From Thiotrichaceae bacterium UBA973 (GTDB lineage: Bacteria > Pseudomonadota > Gammaproteobacteria > Eutrophobiales > Eutrophobiaceae): 64,000 nt of DNA. The notes under the pieces were generated by a model, which saw nothing but the letters and a program-made list of their open reading frames with translations, did no database searches and was not told the DNA's origin. The stretch is taken from the NCBI GenBank assembly GCA_002292815.1, contig DBBX01000003.1, forward strand, positions 8,160-72,159, given 5' to 3'. Shown piece after piece: positions 19,738-29,173 of the stretch. Numbering within the stretch: the stretch's first letter is position 1; each line of letters starts with the position of its first letter. A program made the translations under genes and the position numbers.

Positions 19738-19980
19738 TCACTGGGTCATTAACAACCACTCTTTTATTCTGTTCTTATCGGGAACAGATCCTGAGTGCAT
19801 CAGGCGGTTGTCTATAACCACTGCCGGCGTGCTCATTACACCATGCTTGAGTATGACTTCGGGACTAGACTCCTTGATGACACGAACCGGAATTCCACAA
19901 TCATTGGCAACCGCCTGAATAAGTTCAGCGGTCTTAACGCATTTTGCACACCCACTACCAAGCACTTCAATTTCTTTCAA
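19738..19980 (-). CDS. thioredoxin-fold redox-active disulfide protein (TM0996/MTH895 glutaredoxin-like family)
   Basis: 80 aa; N-terminal CAKC active-site motif (VLGSGCAKCVKT). Confidence 0.7.
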   Translation of the reverse strand: MKEIEVLGSGCAKCVKTAELIQAVANDCGIPVRVIKESSPEVILKHGVMSTPAVVIDNRLMHSGSVPDKNRIKEWLLMTQ

Positions 19981-19989
19981 GAATCCCCC

Positions 19990-20973
19990 TCATAACACAT
20001 AGATTATATTTATTAGCCACCCGACCAGCGTGAATGACATCAGCAAGAGCATAAAAATAATAACAAGTAACTTCCATGTCATCACCTGCTTTAACAAGAT
20101 AAATTCTGGAAAACTCGCTGCAACAGTACTCATGCAAAATGCCAGTGTTGTCCCCAGCGGGAGTCCCTTTAGGATTAAACTTTCCATCACAGGAATAACG
20201 CCAGTGGCATTTGAATAAAGAGGAATTCCAGCTAGGACTGCCATTGGCACAGACCACCATTGCCCGTTCCCCAAATTATCTGCAAACCATAAGTCGGGCA
20301 CAAAACCATGTAATGCTGCGCCTAAACCAACACCAATAAGCACCCACTTCCAAACACGATTTAAAATATCCAACAACTCTACTTTAGCGAAATCATGTCG
20401 CTCTCTAAACGAAAGCTTAGGTCTGATGCTGAGCTCGCCATCAGAAAACGCCGCTGTTTGATATGCCTTTAGCGCAAAAGGTTGCAGCAGTTGTTCGGCA
20501 CGAATAAGGTCAAGAAAAACTCCACCCGCTATCCCGATGGCCATTCCAACCAATACATAAATAATAGTTATTTCCAATCCTACCAAACTCAATAACAGCA
20601 ATACTGCCACCTCATTAATGAGTGGTGAGGTTAAAAGAAATGACATTGTAATACCGACAGGTATCCCTGCAGATGTGAAGCCAAGAAAAACCGGTATGCT
20701 AGAACAGGAACAAAAGGGCGTTATAGCTCCGAATGTTGCCCCCATGAGATAGCCAAGATATTTATTATTTTTTGCCAAATAATCACGCACCCTCTCAACA
20801 TTTAGTGATGCGCGAATAAGAGCAATAATATAGATCATCAAGACTAGCAGGAAAAATATCTTTGTTGTATCTTCGATAAAGAAGTGAACCGCTCCGCCTA
20901 GTTTTGAATCCGGCATGAAACCAAATATTGAGTAAGCGAGCCAATCAGCTAATATTGTGAAAATGGATAACAT
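19990..20973 (-). CDS. DUF318 / ArsP-like permease
   Basis: Polytopic membrane protein with the conserved TPFCSCSSIP motif characteristic of ArsP-type permeases. Confidence 0.7.
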   Translation of the reverse strand: MLSIFTILADWLAYSIFGFMPDSKLGGAVHFFIEDTTKIFFLLVLMIYIIALIRASLNVERVRDYLAKNNKYLGYLMGATFGAITPFCSCSSIPVFLGFTSAGIPVGITMSFLLTSPLINEVAVLLLLSLVGLEITIIYVLVGMAIGIAGGVFLDLIRAEQLLQPFALKAYQTAAFSDGELSIRPKLSFRERHDFAKVELLDILNRVWKWVLIGVGLGAALHGFVPDLWFADNLGNGQWWSVPMAVLAGIPLYSNATGVIPVMESLILKGLPLGTTLAFCMSTVAASFPEFILLKQVMTWKLLVIIFMLLLMSFTLVGWLINIIYVL

Positions 20974-21239
20974 AACGCCTCTTGAGTATTGACTAACTGT
21001 ATCTTAAGGGACACTACCTGTCCGCTAAAGCACTATAGATTTTTTACAATGAAGTTCATGTAAACCTTATTGTTCCAAACAGGTATTGCAATCAACAGAT
21101 TATAGTAGCTCTATCCAGTCCAGAGTGTCCACTTGAACTATAGACCATACGAATATCGCATTTGTCATGTCACTCAATTGCCTACAGGAATGCAAGTAAG
21201 GGCATGAACAGGAACATAGCTCCTTAATGGTAAATAACC

Positions 21240-22244
21240 CTATTCATATAGAGTTCTATTCAATAACATATCAATAAACTGTTGTTTGACCTGTTCCGAT
21301 GCAGCTCGATAATTATCGAATTTCACATGCTGACTAGAGTCATCTAGATTCATTTCTATTCCCCATAAAGGTATAATGCCAATCGGGTTCATCGAATAAC
21401 GCACATCACCTAAAACCTCAGGTCTTCCTGGATATTGGCTTACAAAATTATCAGAAAAGATTTCAAAGCGTTGAATGTCTTCGACTAGCTGAGAATTAGT
21501 ATCTAGCTCTGGAAACGTTTGTGACATATCAAATTGTTTTATTGAATTACCTTGATAGATGCGCTTTGATAAACCTACTCGTACTGCATCTATGTAAAAT
21601 GTATTTTTTGATAAGTACACTGATCGCCATAGTAAGGAATTACCAATGGTCGGTTTTACTATTATCTTTTCAATCGTGTGACCGCGTTGTGCAGCCAACT
21701 CAATTATCGAATTTTCTGCGCGATTCATTTGAAAAAGTGCAAACAATAAATAACAACCTGCTAATAAAATACCAATACGACTAAAGCTTGGTCTGAGTTT
21801 TTTATATCCAGCGATGATTGCGGCTATTAATATAATCGTGAATACAGGATCAACAATAGAAATAATATGCCATGAGATTCGTGTATCGATGAGCGGCCAT
21901 AATAAATTGGTGCCATAACTGGTACAGGCATCGATAAAACCACTTAATAGATAACCCATACAACAATAAAGATATAGATAAGCTACAGGTAGTTTATTGC
22001 GCAAAAACGGCCACAATAATAAAAAGGCAATGCCTGCACCAATAGGAATGAAGAATATTGAATGGGTGAAGTGACGATGAAACTCCAGAGACAATAATGG
22101 ATCAGCAGATGAACGAATCAAGATATCAGCATCCGCAATGACACCGGCAACTAGTCCAATAATTGTCGCTAAACGAACGTGCTCTTTTTTAGCGACAGAT
22201 TGAGCCAGCGCTGCACCTAAAACACCTTGTGTCACTATATCCAT
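21240..22244 (-). CDS. membrane-bound metal-dependent hydrolase (DUF457/YdjM-like) with a C-terminal soluble domain
   Basis: N-terminal TM region with the HRHFTHS His cluster. Confidence 0.55.
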   Translation of the reverse strand: MDIVTQGVLGAALAQSVAKKEHVRLATIIGLVAGVIADADILIRSSADPLLSLEFHRHFTHSIFFIPIGAGIAFLLLWPFLRNKLPVAYLYLYCCMGYLLSGFIDACTSYGTNLLWPLIDTRISWHIISIVDPVFTIILIAAIIAGYKKLRPSFSRIGILLAGCYLLFALFQMNRAENSIIELAAQRGHTIEKIIVKPTIGNSLLWRSVYLSKNTFYIDAVRVGLSKRIYQGNSIKQFDMSQTFPELDTNSQLVEDIQRFEIFSDNFVSQYPGRPEVLGDVRYSMNPIGIIPLWGIEMNLDDSSQHVKFDNYRAASEQVKQQFIDMLLNRTLYE

Positions 22245-22251
22245 TGAGACT

Positions 22252-23127
22252 TTATATTAGGCTATCCATTGTCGCGATACAGCTTCGATAATAATTGTAA
22301 CCAAATAAAATGAAGTGATTCATTTCATGATACAAACGATACAAGCTAATGCGTTGTTCCGAACCATCCTCTAGCGGCCAGACTTCTGCATAAGCCGCTT
22401 CGCACTTGCTATCGAAACCACCAAACATTCGCATCATACCTATCTCTGCTTCACGATGACCATAATAGCTGGCCGGATCAAAGATAACCGGCTGACCCTG
22501 CTCGTTCGCAGCTGCGTTTCCCGACCATAAATCGCCATGCAAAAGCACAGCGGGTTCTTCGATATCACCTAGTAATGACTCCAGCCGAGACATCAGTTTT
22601 TCACCCTTTGCTAATAAGGGATCGTTTTTATCGGTAATCATTGCCAGTCGTTTTAATTGCATGCCTAGTCGTTGATCCCGCCAGAATGACAGCCAATCAT
22701 CTTGCCAGCTATTAATTTGCTTACTGATGCCAAGATAATTATCTTTATCAAAACCAAATCGTTCTGCTTTTGTCGCTGTATGCAATTCGGCCAGACTACG
22801 GCCCATTTGCTCTTGCCAATCGGCAGCTGGCGCACCTTCAATAAATGTTTCTATCACAATAAAGTCATCACTACAGGCTATGGGTTTTGGAACATGAATA
22901 ACGTCAGGTTCAGCTAACAGTAATAATGCATCGTATTCGGTTTCAAATAATCCCGGACGGGTTTTTGATTCAGGGTTTGTTTTTACAAAAAACTGACGAC
23001 CATCTCTTAATGTCACAATTTGGCTATTATTAATACAACCACCCTGTGCTGTTTTGCTCTCAGCAAACGCTGCCTTTTGCTCCGTGCTGGATGAGATTGC
23101 CGCTTCAACACGTGACTGAACCGTCAT
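22252..23127 (-). CDS. fructosamine/ketosamine-3-kinase family protein
   Basis: Kinase-like fold with HGDLWSGN catalytic motif; ATGA overlap with the upstream PTP gene. Confidence 0.75.
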   Translation of the reverse strand: MTVQSRVEAAISSSTEQKAAFAESKTAQGGCINNSQIVTLRDGRQFFVKTNPESKTRPGLFETEYDALLLLAEPDVIHVPKPIACSDDFIVIETFIEGAPAADWQEQMGRSLAELHTATKAERFGFDKDNYLGISKQINSWQDDWLSFWRDQRLGMQLKRLAMITDKNDPLLAKGEKLMSRLESLLGDIEEPAVLLHGDLWSGNAAANEQGQPVIFDPASYYGHREAEIGMMRMFGGFDSKCEAAYAEVWPLEDGSEQRISLYRLYHEMNHFILFGYNYYRSCIATMDSLI

Positions 23128-23621
23128 TTGTTATTTAATATTTCAAGACAATGGGACATCATCATTGGACAAGCAGATTCGATCATATCTATCACTTTCT
23201 CAAATCCAGTATTGCCACCGTAGTAAGGATCGGGAACTGAAGGCGCATCATAATTATCTGAATATCCGTCAATAAAAGAACCTAATAAACGGAGGTGTTG
23301 TTGTGGACCTCCTGCCAGAGATTCCAATTCAATTAGATTGTCTGTGTCCATCGCTACAATCAGATCAAAAGTATCGATATCTTGTTCCGTCACTTTGCGT
23401 GCAAGAGATTTAAGGTGATAGCCTCGTTTTTTAGCTACCTCACGCATGCGAACATCAGCAGGTTCTCCTGTGTGATAGGCAATGGTGCCTGCTGAGTCCA
23501 GATGAAATTGATCGGCGTTGCCATTATGTTCAACATAATGTTGAAAAACGCCCTCGCCTGTTGGTGAACGACAGATATTGCCCATACATACAAAAAGAAC
23601 TGATATTTTAGGTTTTCCCAT
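23124..23621 (-). CDS. low-molecular-weight protein-tyrosine phosphatase
   Basis: P-loop CMGNICRSP with the downstream DPYYG motif. Confidence 0.8.
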   Translation of the reverse strand: MGKPKISVLFVCMGNICRSPTGEGVFQHYVEHNGNADQFHLDSAGTIAYHTGEPADVRMREVAKKRGYHLKSLARKVTEQDIDTFDLIVAMDTDNLIELESLAGGPQQHLRLLGSFIDGYSDNYDAPSVPDPYYGGNTGFEKVIDMIESACPMMMSHCLEILNNK

Positions 23622-23675
23622 ATTTAGTTATTATTCGTATAGGCTAAAGATATATCGATTATGTTCAACGCAGAG

Positions 23676-24107
23676 TTACAAGTAGATTGTATCTGCTTGG
23701 TCTTGCTCTTTCGGCATCACCGGACATTCTAGTGAGGCACTGCAAGGAAAGGCTGCTCTTAGAGCAGCTGACACCAAACCACCAGCAGCGTTGTGTAGCA
23801 CGTCTGGGTGGGCCTCCAAAAACTTAACAACGATAACAACAAGTTTCCCTACACTAATACCCTCTGGCCTACAAAAAATTGGCTCTACAAGCCCTGATTT
23901 TGTATAGGCATGATGGGTGTCTGCTGCTGATTGAAGATAGCCAAAACATAAGTTTGTATCTGATGAGTTATAATTAGCATCTCCGTTCGCTCCCTTTATA
24001 GCTTCCTTACACTTGCTTAGTAATTGATCCCCGTCTAGATACGAATCAGCAGCATAAATAGGCATTGATAGATTCAGCAGTAAGAAAGCTAATATTATTC
24101 TTTTCAT
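23676..24107 (-). CDS. periplasmic Cys-containing protein, Rap1a/Tai4-like (tentative)
   Basis: Signal peptide (MKRIILAFLLL). Conserved DQLL..C...G ... C.GY ... A....PC pattern shared with the ORF at 26184..26519. Confidence 0.35.
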   Translation of the reverse strand: MKRIILAFLLLNLSMPIYAADSYLDGDQLLSKCKEAIKGANGDANYNSSDTNLCFGYLQSAADTHHAYTKSGLVEPIFCRPEGISVGKLVVIVVKFLEAHPDVLHNAAGGLVSAALRAAFPCSASLECPVMPKEQDQADTIYL

Positions 24108-24130
24108 GTGTGGTTCGTAGTTAGTGTCCA

Positions 24131-24448
24131 TTAATCAACGATGGGCTGGACTAAAACCCAAGGCTTAATCACTACAGCCCAGACTGTCACATTGCTTTCA
24201 TGCCATGCACTCGCCTGCTCATCACTGACATTGCCAACCAAGCCGTCTTTCATCCAGTCTTCGAATTGAGTTTTGTCGTCGTTGGATAATACCGTGGCTA
24301 CTTTGATTAAATCTATTTTATGCGAGACATAGATCGCCATTCCTTTAGCAAAGAAAGGTAATAAATCACTCCATGCCATTTTAGAGGTTTCCCGGTTAAT
24401 TTTATGCAACAGGTTCTCACCTGTTTCTTCATTACTGTTTTCTGTCAT
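24131..24448 (-). CDS. hypothetical protein (DUF2288-like)
   Basis: 105-aa ORF overlapping the downstream gene's start by 1 nt. Confidence 0.35.
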   Translation of the reverse strand: MTENSNEETGENLLHKINRETSKMAWSDLLPFFAKGMAIYVSHKIDLIKVATVLSNDDKTQFEDWMKDGLVGNVSDEQASAWHESNVTVWAVVIKPWVLVQPIVD

Positions 24449-24679
24449 CTCAATACAATCAAATTTGAATTATGTTGTTGATTATAACGACAAGGGAACT
24501 GTTATAGAAATCACAATTCTCCTGCCAGGTTATTGATTTATCTCTGGCATATAGATTAAATCATGGTCGTTGTTTTCGAGTGATAATCGATAAACACTTT
24601 TGCTAAAATCCATAAATAATTCAACAAAGTGATACATAAATTGCGATAATATCAGATAAATAATGAATTAAGGCTTTAC

Positions 24680-25228
24680 ATGAACGATATAAAAGAAGTT
24701 CCCAACGAACCTGAAAATATAGTTATCTCCCAAACTGTTGCCATTTTAGTAGACGGCAACAATATAGAGCGCAGCATTCACACAGAAGCAAATGACACCA
24801 ATACCATGCTCAACTTTGATGCATTGATACCAAAATTATTGGTTAATCGTGGGCTCAGCCGTCTGGTTTACTTTCGGGAAGGAAAACACATTTCAAATAA
24901 ACTTCAGGAACGTTTACATAATTTTTATCATGGCTCAGTTCGACCTTGTCATAAAAGCGCAGATATCCCACTTTCGATTAATGCCATCCAATTAGCCAAT
25001 AAAGTTGACACCATTATTATCATGTCTGGTGATTCTGACTATATAGAACTGGTTAGACATCTAAAATCAGAAGGCGTGCGCGTAGAAATAGCCGCAGTAG
25101 CAAGCACAACTTCGAGATTTATAGTTGAAGAAGCGGACCATTTCCATGAGATAACCAAGGAAGACTGGTTTACACTGCCCCCGAAAAAACCACAAAAACG
25201 ACGCAATAAAAAAGCAGACGCCTCTTAA
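24680..25228 (+). CDS. NYN (LabA-like) domain nuclease-fold protein
   Basis: VAILVDGNNIERS and IIMSGDSDYIELV motifs; basic C-terminal tail. Confidence 0.65.
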   Translation: MNDIKEVPNEPENIVISQTVAILVDGNNIERSIHTEANDTNTMLNFDALIPKLLVNRGLSRLVYFREGKHISNKLQERLHNFYHGSVRPCHKSADIPLSINAIQLANKVDTIIIMSGDSDYIELVRHLKSEGVRVEIAAVASTTSRFIVEEADHFHEITKEDWFTLPPKKPQKRRNKKADAS

Positions 25229-25324
25229 CGAAAAGCTATTGTTATCTGTTGATCTGGATCAACGTACTGCTGACAAATTATTTACATAATAATCTTATAT
25301 TTAATCAATTAGGAGACGACAATA

Positions 25325-25612
25325 ATGCTAACTTTTGAAGACTGCCTGGCTCTTTGCGATCTTACCGTAGATGAAATCGCAGCTATTGCAGAGCATGAAC
25401 ATCTGCCAGATATGGCAGCGCTTGGATATGGTGAATATTTGATTCACGGCCCAGATGGAGAACAACACATCAAACGAATGATCGTTGAAGATATAGAAAA
25501 CGCCAAAGCCAGTGGAAATCTGAAACATGCCGAGGAACTTGAGGCAATACTCAAAACATTTATTCTACATCATCCAAAATTACAGGTTTTACTAGAAGCA
25601 AGGACTAAATAG
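25325..25612 (+). CDS. hypothetical protein (95 aa)
   Basis: ORF only. Confidence 0.3.
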   Translation: MLTFEDCLALCDLTVDEIAAIAEHEHLPDMAALGYGEYLIHGPDGEQHIKRMIVEDIENAKASGNLKHAEELEAILKTFILHHPKLQVLLEARTK

Positions 25613-25647
25613 TACTACTCTAGCTGTCTTTAACAGAGAACGAAATT

Positions 25648-26130
25648 ATGACGTCATTAACCCGAGCATTACTCTTTTTCATTTTAATTTTCACTACATC
25701 AATCAGTAATGGTCAGGATGACAATAGTAATTCTGATAGGAATGGTCCTATCGCTCATGCTGAAGCAAGCGAACGATTAACAATAATCATGCGTCGCTTG
25801 TTTTCAGTAGTGCATGAAGAACGCATTGAAGAAAATCTTGATCTAACAAAGGCTGATCTGTCTGACCTATTAGAAGCAGTCGAAGAATTGATTTTTTACT
25901 CTGAATTAATGTCGGCAAAGGTTCCTGAATCAGAGTTAGAAGTACACGACCAGGTTATCTTTAGAGCCTTGGCAAGTCAGCTCTATGATGAATCATTGAA
26001 TATTCAACAATTAACAAAGAATTATAATATTGATCATGCAGATAGTACTAAAGATAATATCTTTTATGATGCAACTGAACGTTTGAACCAAACCTGCGCT
26101 GCTTGTCATCAATTGTTTAGAGATAAATAG
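25648..26130 (+). CDS. cytochrome c' (class II cytochrome c, C-terminal CxxCH)
   Basis: Signal peptide, helical protein with C-terminal heme motif CAACHQ. Confidence 0.6.
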   Translation: MTSLTRALLFFILIFTTSISNGQDDNSNSDRNGPIAHAEASERLTIIMRRLFSVVHEERIEENLDLTKADLSDLLEAVEELIFYSELMSAKVPESELEVHDQVIFRALASQLYDESLNIQQLTKNYNIDHADSTKDNIFYDATERLNQTCAACHQLFRDK

Positions 26131-26183
26131 TTAGTTACTCAAGAACCTACCCTTTCCAATATTCGATACTGATATAACTGGCT

Positions 26184-26519
26184 CTAGTCGCAAGGATAAT
26201 TAGACGATAAAATTATTCCCGCAGCCATTTCTGCAGGTATAGACTGCAATTCTGATTGCGCCTTTAAACCAGCAACGATGATCTTTGCTAATAACTCTTC
26301 TGATTCATTACCGGTTAGACAGACACGTGGCATGGCAAGATCTTTTCCATGATGACAATCACATGGTGTAACGTACCAAGAACACATCATGCCAGTTGAA
26401 CCATGAAAACCGTTTGCTAACGAATCCTCACAAGCTGCGAGCAGGTCATTTGCTGATGGTGCAGCATAAATATCAGCGCATATCATGAATAAAAGGCCGA
26501 ACCATATAAGCTTTTTCAT
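26184..26519 (-). CDS. periplasmic Cys-containing protein, paralog of 23676..24107 (Rap1a/Tai4-like, tentative)
   Basis: Signal peptide; same DLL..C ... C.WY ... VC..G ... YPC arrangement as the other copy. Confidence 0.35.
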   Translation of the reverse strand: MKKLIWFGLLFMICADIYAAPSANDLLAACEDSLANGFHGSTGMMCSWYVTPCDCHHGKDLAMPRVCLTGNESEELLAKIIVAGLKAQSELQSIPAEMAAGIILSSNYPCD

Positions 26520-26684
26520 ACATTTCTAACCCGCTCAGCTGCATTTAATTAAATCAAATTTGAAAAATTGATCTTAGATCTGCATAGTAGCGCTTTTTAT
26601 CAATCTCAATAAGTCCTGATTATTCTGGCATTCTGCATTTTATGGCCAGACTGGGTAGGCATTTAAACAATACTGGAGAAAGAC

Positions 26685-27167
26685 GTGCAGCTCACAAAAG
26701 ACAAGGTCGCAAATATCAACTATACGCTGAAAGATAAAGACAGCAACATTATGGACGAATCTACTGATGGTACTTTTACCTATCTGCATGGTGCAAAAAA
26801 CCTCATTCCTGCGCTTGAAGATGCGTTAGAAGGGAAAGAGGCCGGTGATAAAGCCAATGTGGTTGTCGCCCCTGAAAATGCTTACGGTGAGCGTGATGAG
26901 CAAAAAATACAGCGTGTTCCCAGAAAAATGTTCCCGGTAGATCAAGAACTAGAGGTAGGTATGCCATTTAGCTCTGCTACACCTGATGGAACAGCTGTAA
27001 ATGTAGTTATTACCGCGATAGAAGAAACTGAAGTCGTCATCGACGGTAATCACCCTTTAGCTGGTGTGGAATTACATTTTGATATCGAAGTTATTGGTGT
27101 TAGAGATGCCTCTAAAGAAGAGCTCGAACACGGTCACGTTCATGGTCCTGGTGGTCATCAGCACTGA
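26685..27167 (+). CDS. slyD: FKBP-type peptidyl-prolyl isomerase / chaperone SlyD
   Basis: Collinear with E. coli SlyD incl. LHGAKNLIPALEDALEGKEAGDK, IDGNHPLAG and the His-rich tail; GTG start after a GGAGA RBS. Confidence 0.85.
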   Translation: MQLTKDKVANINYTLKDKDSNIMDESTDGTFTYLHGAKNLIPALEDALEGKEAGDKANVVVAPENAYGERDEQKIQRVPRKMFPVDQELEVGMPFSSATPDGTAVNVVITAIEETEVVIDGNHPLAGVELHFDIEVIGVRDASKEELEHGHVHGPGGHQH

Positions 27168-27190
27168 ACTCAATAGATCGGTAAACTATT

Positions 27191-27538
27191 ATGATGCTTC
27201 AGGACTTTCTGGATAAGTTGCATACAGATCCCGAGTCAATCGAGTTTGCTGAGACAATTGAGACTATTGAATCAAACTACGAATACACGCCAACAAATTT
27301 CACCAATGGAACTCAGCTTAATAAAGCCGGTGAAAATGAGGGTTCTTCTAAAATATTGGCCTTTGCATATATTAATAATCTGACCGTCACAGAAACATTA
27401 AATTGCTTTGGCCATTATTTTCGTGAAGATGTAATAGGTAACCCAGCAGGTGATGATCATCAAAATATACGGCAATTTATTTTAGATGGCTTTGAAGGCG
27501 TGAAATTTGATGTTTTGCCATTACAATTTAAACCCTAA
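27191..27538 (+). CDS. HopJ type III effector family protein
   Basis: 115 aa with the conserved HopJ-like GENEGSSKILAFA and NCFGHYFRED region. Confidence 0.5.
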   Translation: MMLQDFLDKLHTDPESIEFAETIETIESNYEYTPTNFTNGTQLNKAGENEGSSKILAFAYINNLTVTETLNCFGHYFREDVIGNPAGDDHQNIRQFILDGFEGVKFDVLPLQFKP

Positions 27539-27566
27539 ATAGACTCATCGTTAAACTCAGCCATTA

Positions 27567-28763
27567 CTAAACAACCAATCCGGCGACATACCCCGAAGAC
27601 CAGGCCCACTGAAAATTATATCCACCAAGATGTCCTGTAACATCGACTGCTTCACCAATAAAGTATAATCCTGATTGATTTTTAACCTCCATCGTCTGTG
27701 AAGATAAATAGTTTGTATCAACGCCACCCATCGTCACTTCTGCTGTTCGATAGCCTTCAGTTCCCGATGGTTTAATTTCCCAGGCCGACAATTTTTCTGC
27801 TATTTCTTTTAGTCTTTTATCAGAAAAATCCGTCATCAGTTTATAGTGTTCATTCGGCCAGAATAAACCTTGAAGCTCTATAACCAGTTTTTTTGCCAGA
27901 TATTGTGACAAATAATTCCGTAATAATATTTTTGGACTGTGTTGCTTGGCTTTTATTAATAACGATCCAACATCTTCATTTGGCAATAAATTGATATGAA
28001 TGCTTTCCCCGGGATTCCAGTAACTGGATAATTGCAAGGCTGCTGGCCCACTTATCCCCCGATGTGTAAATAGGATGCTTTCCTGAAATTCTTTATTGCC
28101 CGTTGATAAGACAACTTCTTGTGACACACCGCTTAATCGTTCGGAGACATCTTTAAAACTATCGCTAAAGGTAAATGGCACAAGCCCTGCCCGCGTCGGG
28201 ATAAGCGGGATATTAAATTGCTTAGCCACGTTATAAGCAAAATTACTTGCACCCATTTTTGGGATTGATAAACCACCCGAGGCAATGACCAGACTACTTG
28301 CCCTGAACTTACCAAGCTTAGTGTTCAAGATATAATGATTATCCGCATTATGTTCAGGTGCGGTAATCGTTTTCACTTCACAGTGCGTCTTTATCACCAC
28401 GCCAGCCTGTTCACATTCCTTAACAAGCATCGTCAGTATTTCTTTGGACGACCCTTTGCAAAATAATTGTCCATGCTTACGTTCTTCATAGGCTATGCCA
28501 TGCTTCTCAACCAAACCTATGAAATCCCATTGCATGTAACGACTTAGAGCAGACTTACAAAAGTGTAGGTTCCTGGACAGGAAACACTCAGGTTCAATAT
28601 TCAAATTGGTGAAATTACATCGCCCACCACCAGACATCAGAATTTTCTTGCCTATCTTATTACTGCTATCAAGAACAAGCACACTGCGACCACGTTGGCC
28701 CGCAGTAATAGCACAAAATTGACCTGACGCACCACCACCTATAATAATGACATCAAAGATCAT
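27567..28763 (-). CDS. HI0933/BaiN-like NAD(P)/FAD-dependent flavoprotein (aminoacetone-oxidase family)
   Basis: DVIIIGGGASG dinucleotide-binding motif, GGGRCNFTN, and C-terminal GYNFQWAWSSG typical of the HI0933 family. Confidence 0.75.
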   Translation of the reverse strand: MIFDVIIIGGGASGQFCAITAGQRGRSVLVLDSSNKIGKKILMSGGGRCNFTNLNIEPECFLSRNLHFCKSALSRYMQWDFIGLVEKHGIAYEERKHGQLFCKGSSKEILTMLVKECEQAGVVIKTHCEVKTITAPEHNADNHYILNTKLGKFRASSLVIASGGLSIPKMGASNFAYNVAKQFNIPLIPTRAGLVPFTFSDSFKDVSERLSGVSQEVVLSTGNKEFQESILFTHRGISGPAALQLSSYWNPGESIHINLLPNEDVGSLLIKAKQHSPKILLRNYLSQYLAKKLVIELQGLFWPNEHYKLMTDFSDKRLKEIAEKLSAWEIKPSGTEGYRTAEVTMGGVDTNYLSSQTMEVKNQSGLYFIGEAVDVTGHLGGYNFQWAWSSGYVAGLVV

Positions 28764-28789
28764 AAATTAAGCTGTATGACTGTTCAGGT

Positions 28790-29116
28790 TTATAAAAATG
28801 AACAACAATAATCCACAATATCAAGCGCACGAATATCAAATGACGAATTGCCAGACACATTGAATTCACCGTCTTGCTTGACTGTTTTCCAGTCATCATT
28901 TTCATCTAAACGATATTCAGCGACACCTGAGATTATCTTCATATGTTCAGGGGCATCGGTATTAAAATGATATTCACCAGGTAGCAATATGCCGAGCGTC
29001 TTTTTTGAACCATCCGGGAAAAGAATGCTACGGCTAGTAACCTTGCCATCAAAATAAATGTTTGCTTCAATCACGACAGAGACTTGATCAAATGTGCTCA
29101 CTTTTAAATACTCCAA
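28790..29116 (-). CDS. ppnP: pyrimidine/purine nucleoside phosphorylase PpnP (DUF1255/YaiE)
   Basis: About 100 aa cupin-like with VYFDGKV ... GEYHFNT motifs. Confidence 0.75.
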   Translation of the reverse strand: MEYLKVSTFDQVSVVIEANIYFDGKVTSRSILFPDGSKKTLGILLPGEYHFNTDAPEHMKIISGVAEYRLDENDDWKTVKQDGEFNVSGNSSFDIRALDIVDYCCSFL

Positions 29117-29173
29117 TAGAAAATATAACGAACTGTATAATACCGTACACTTGAGTTTATTATTGTAATTTTA

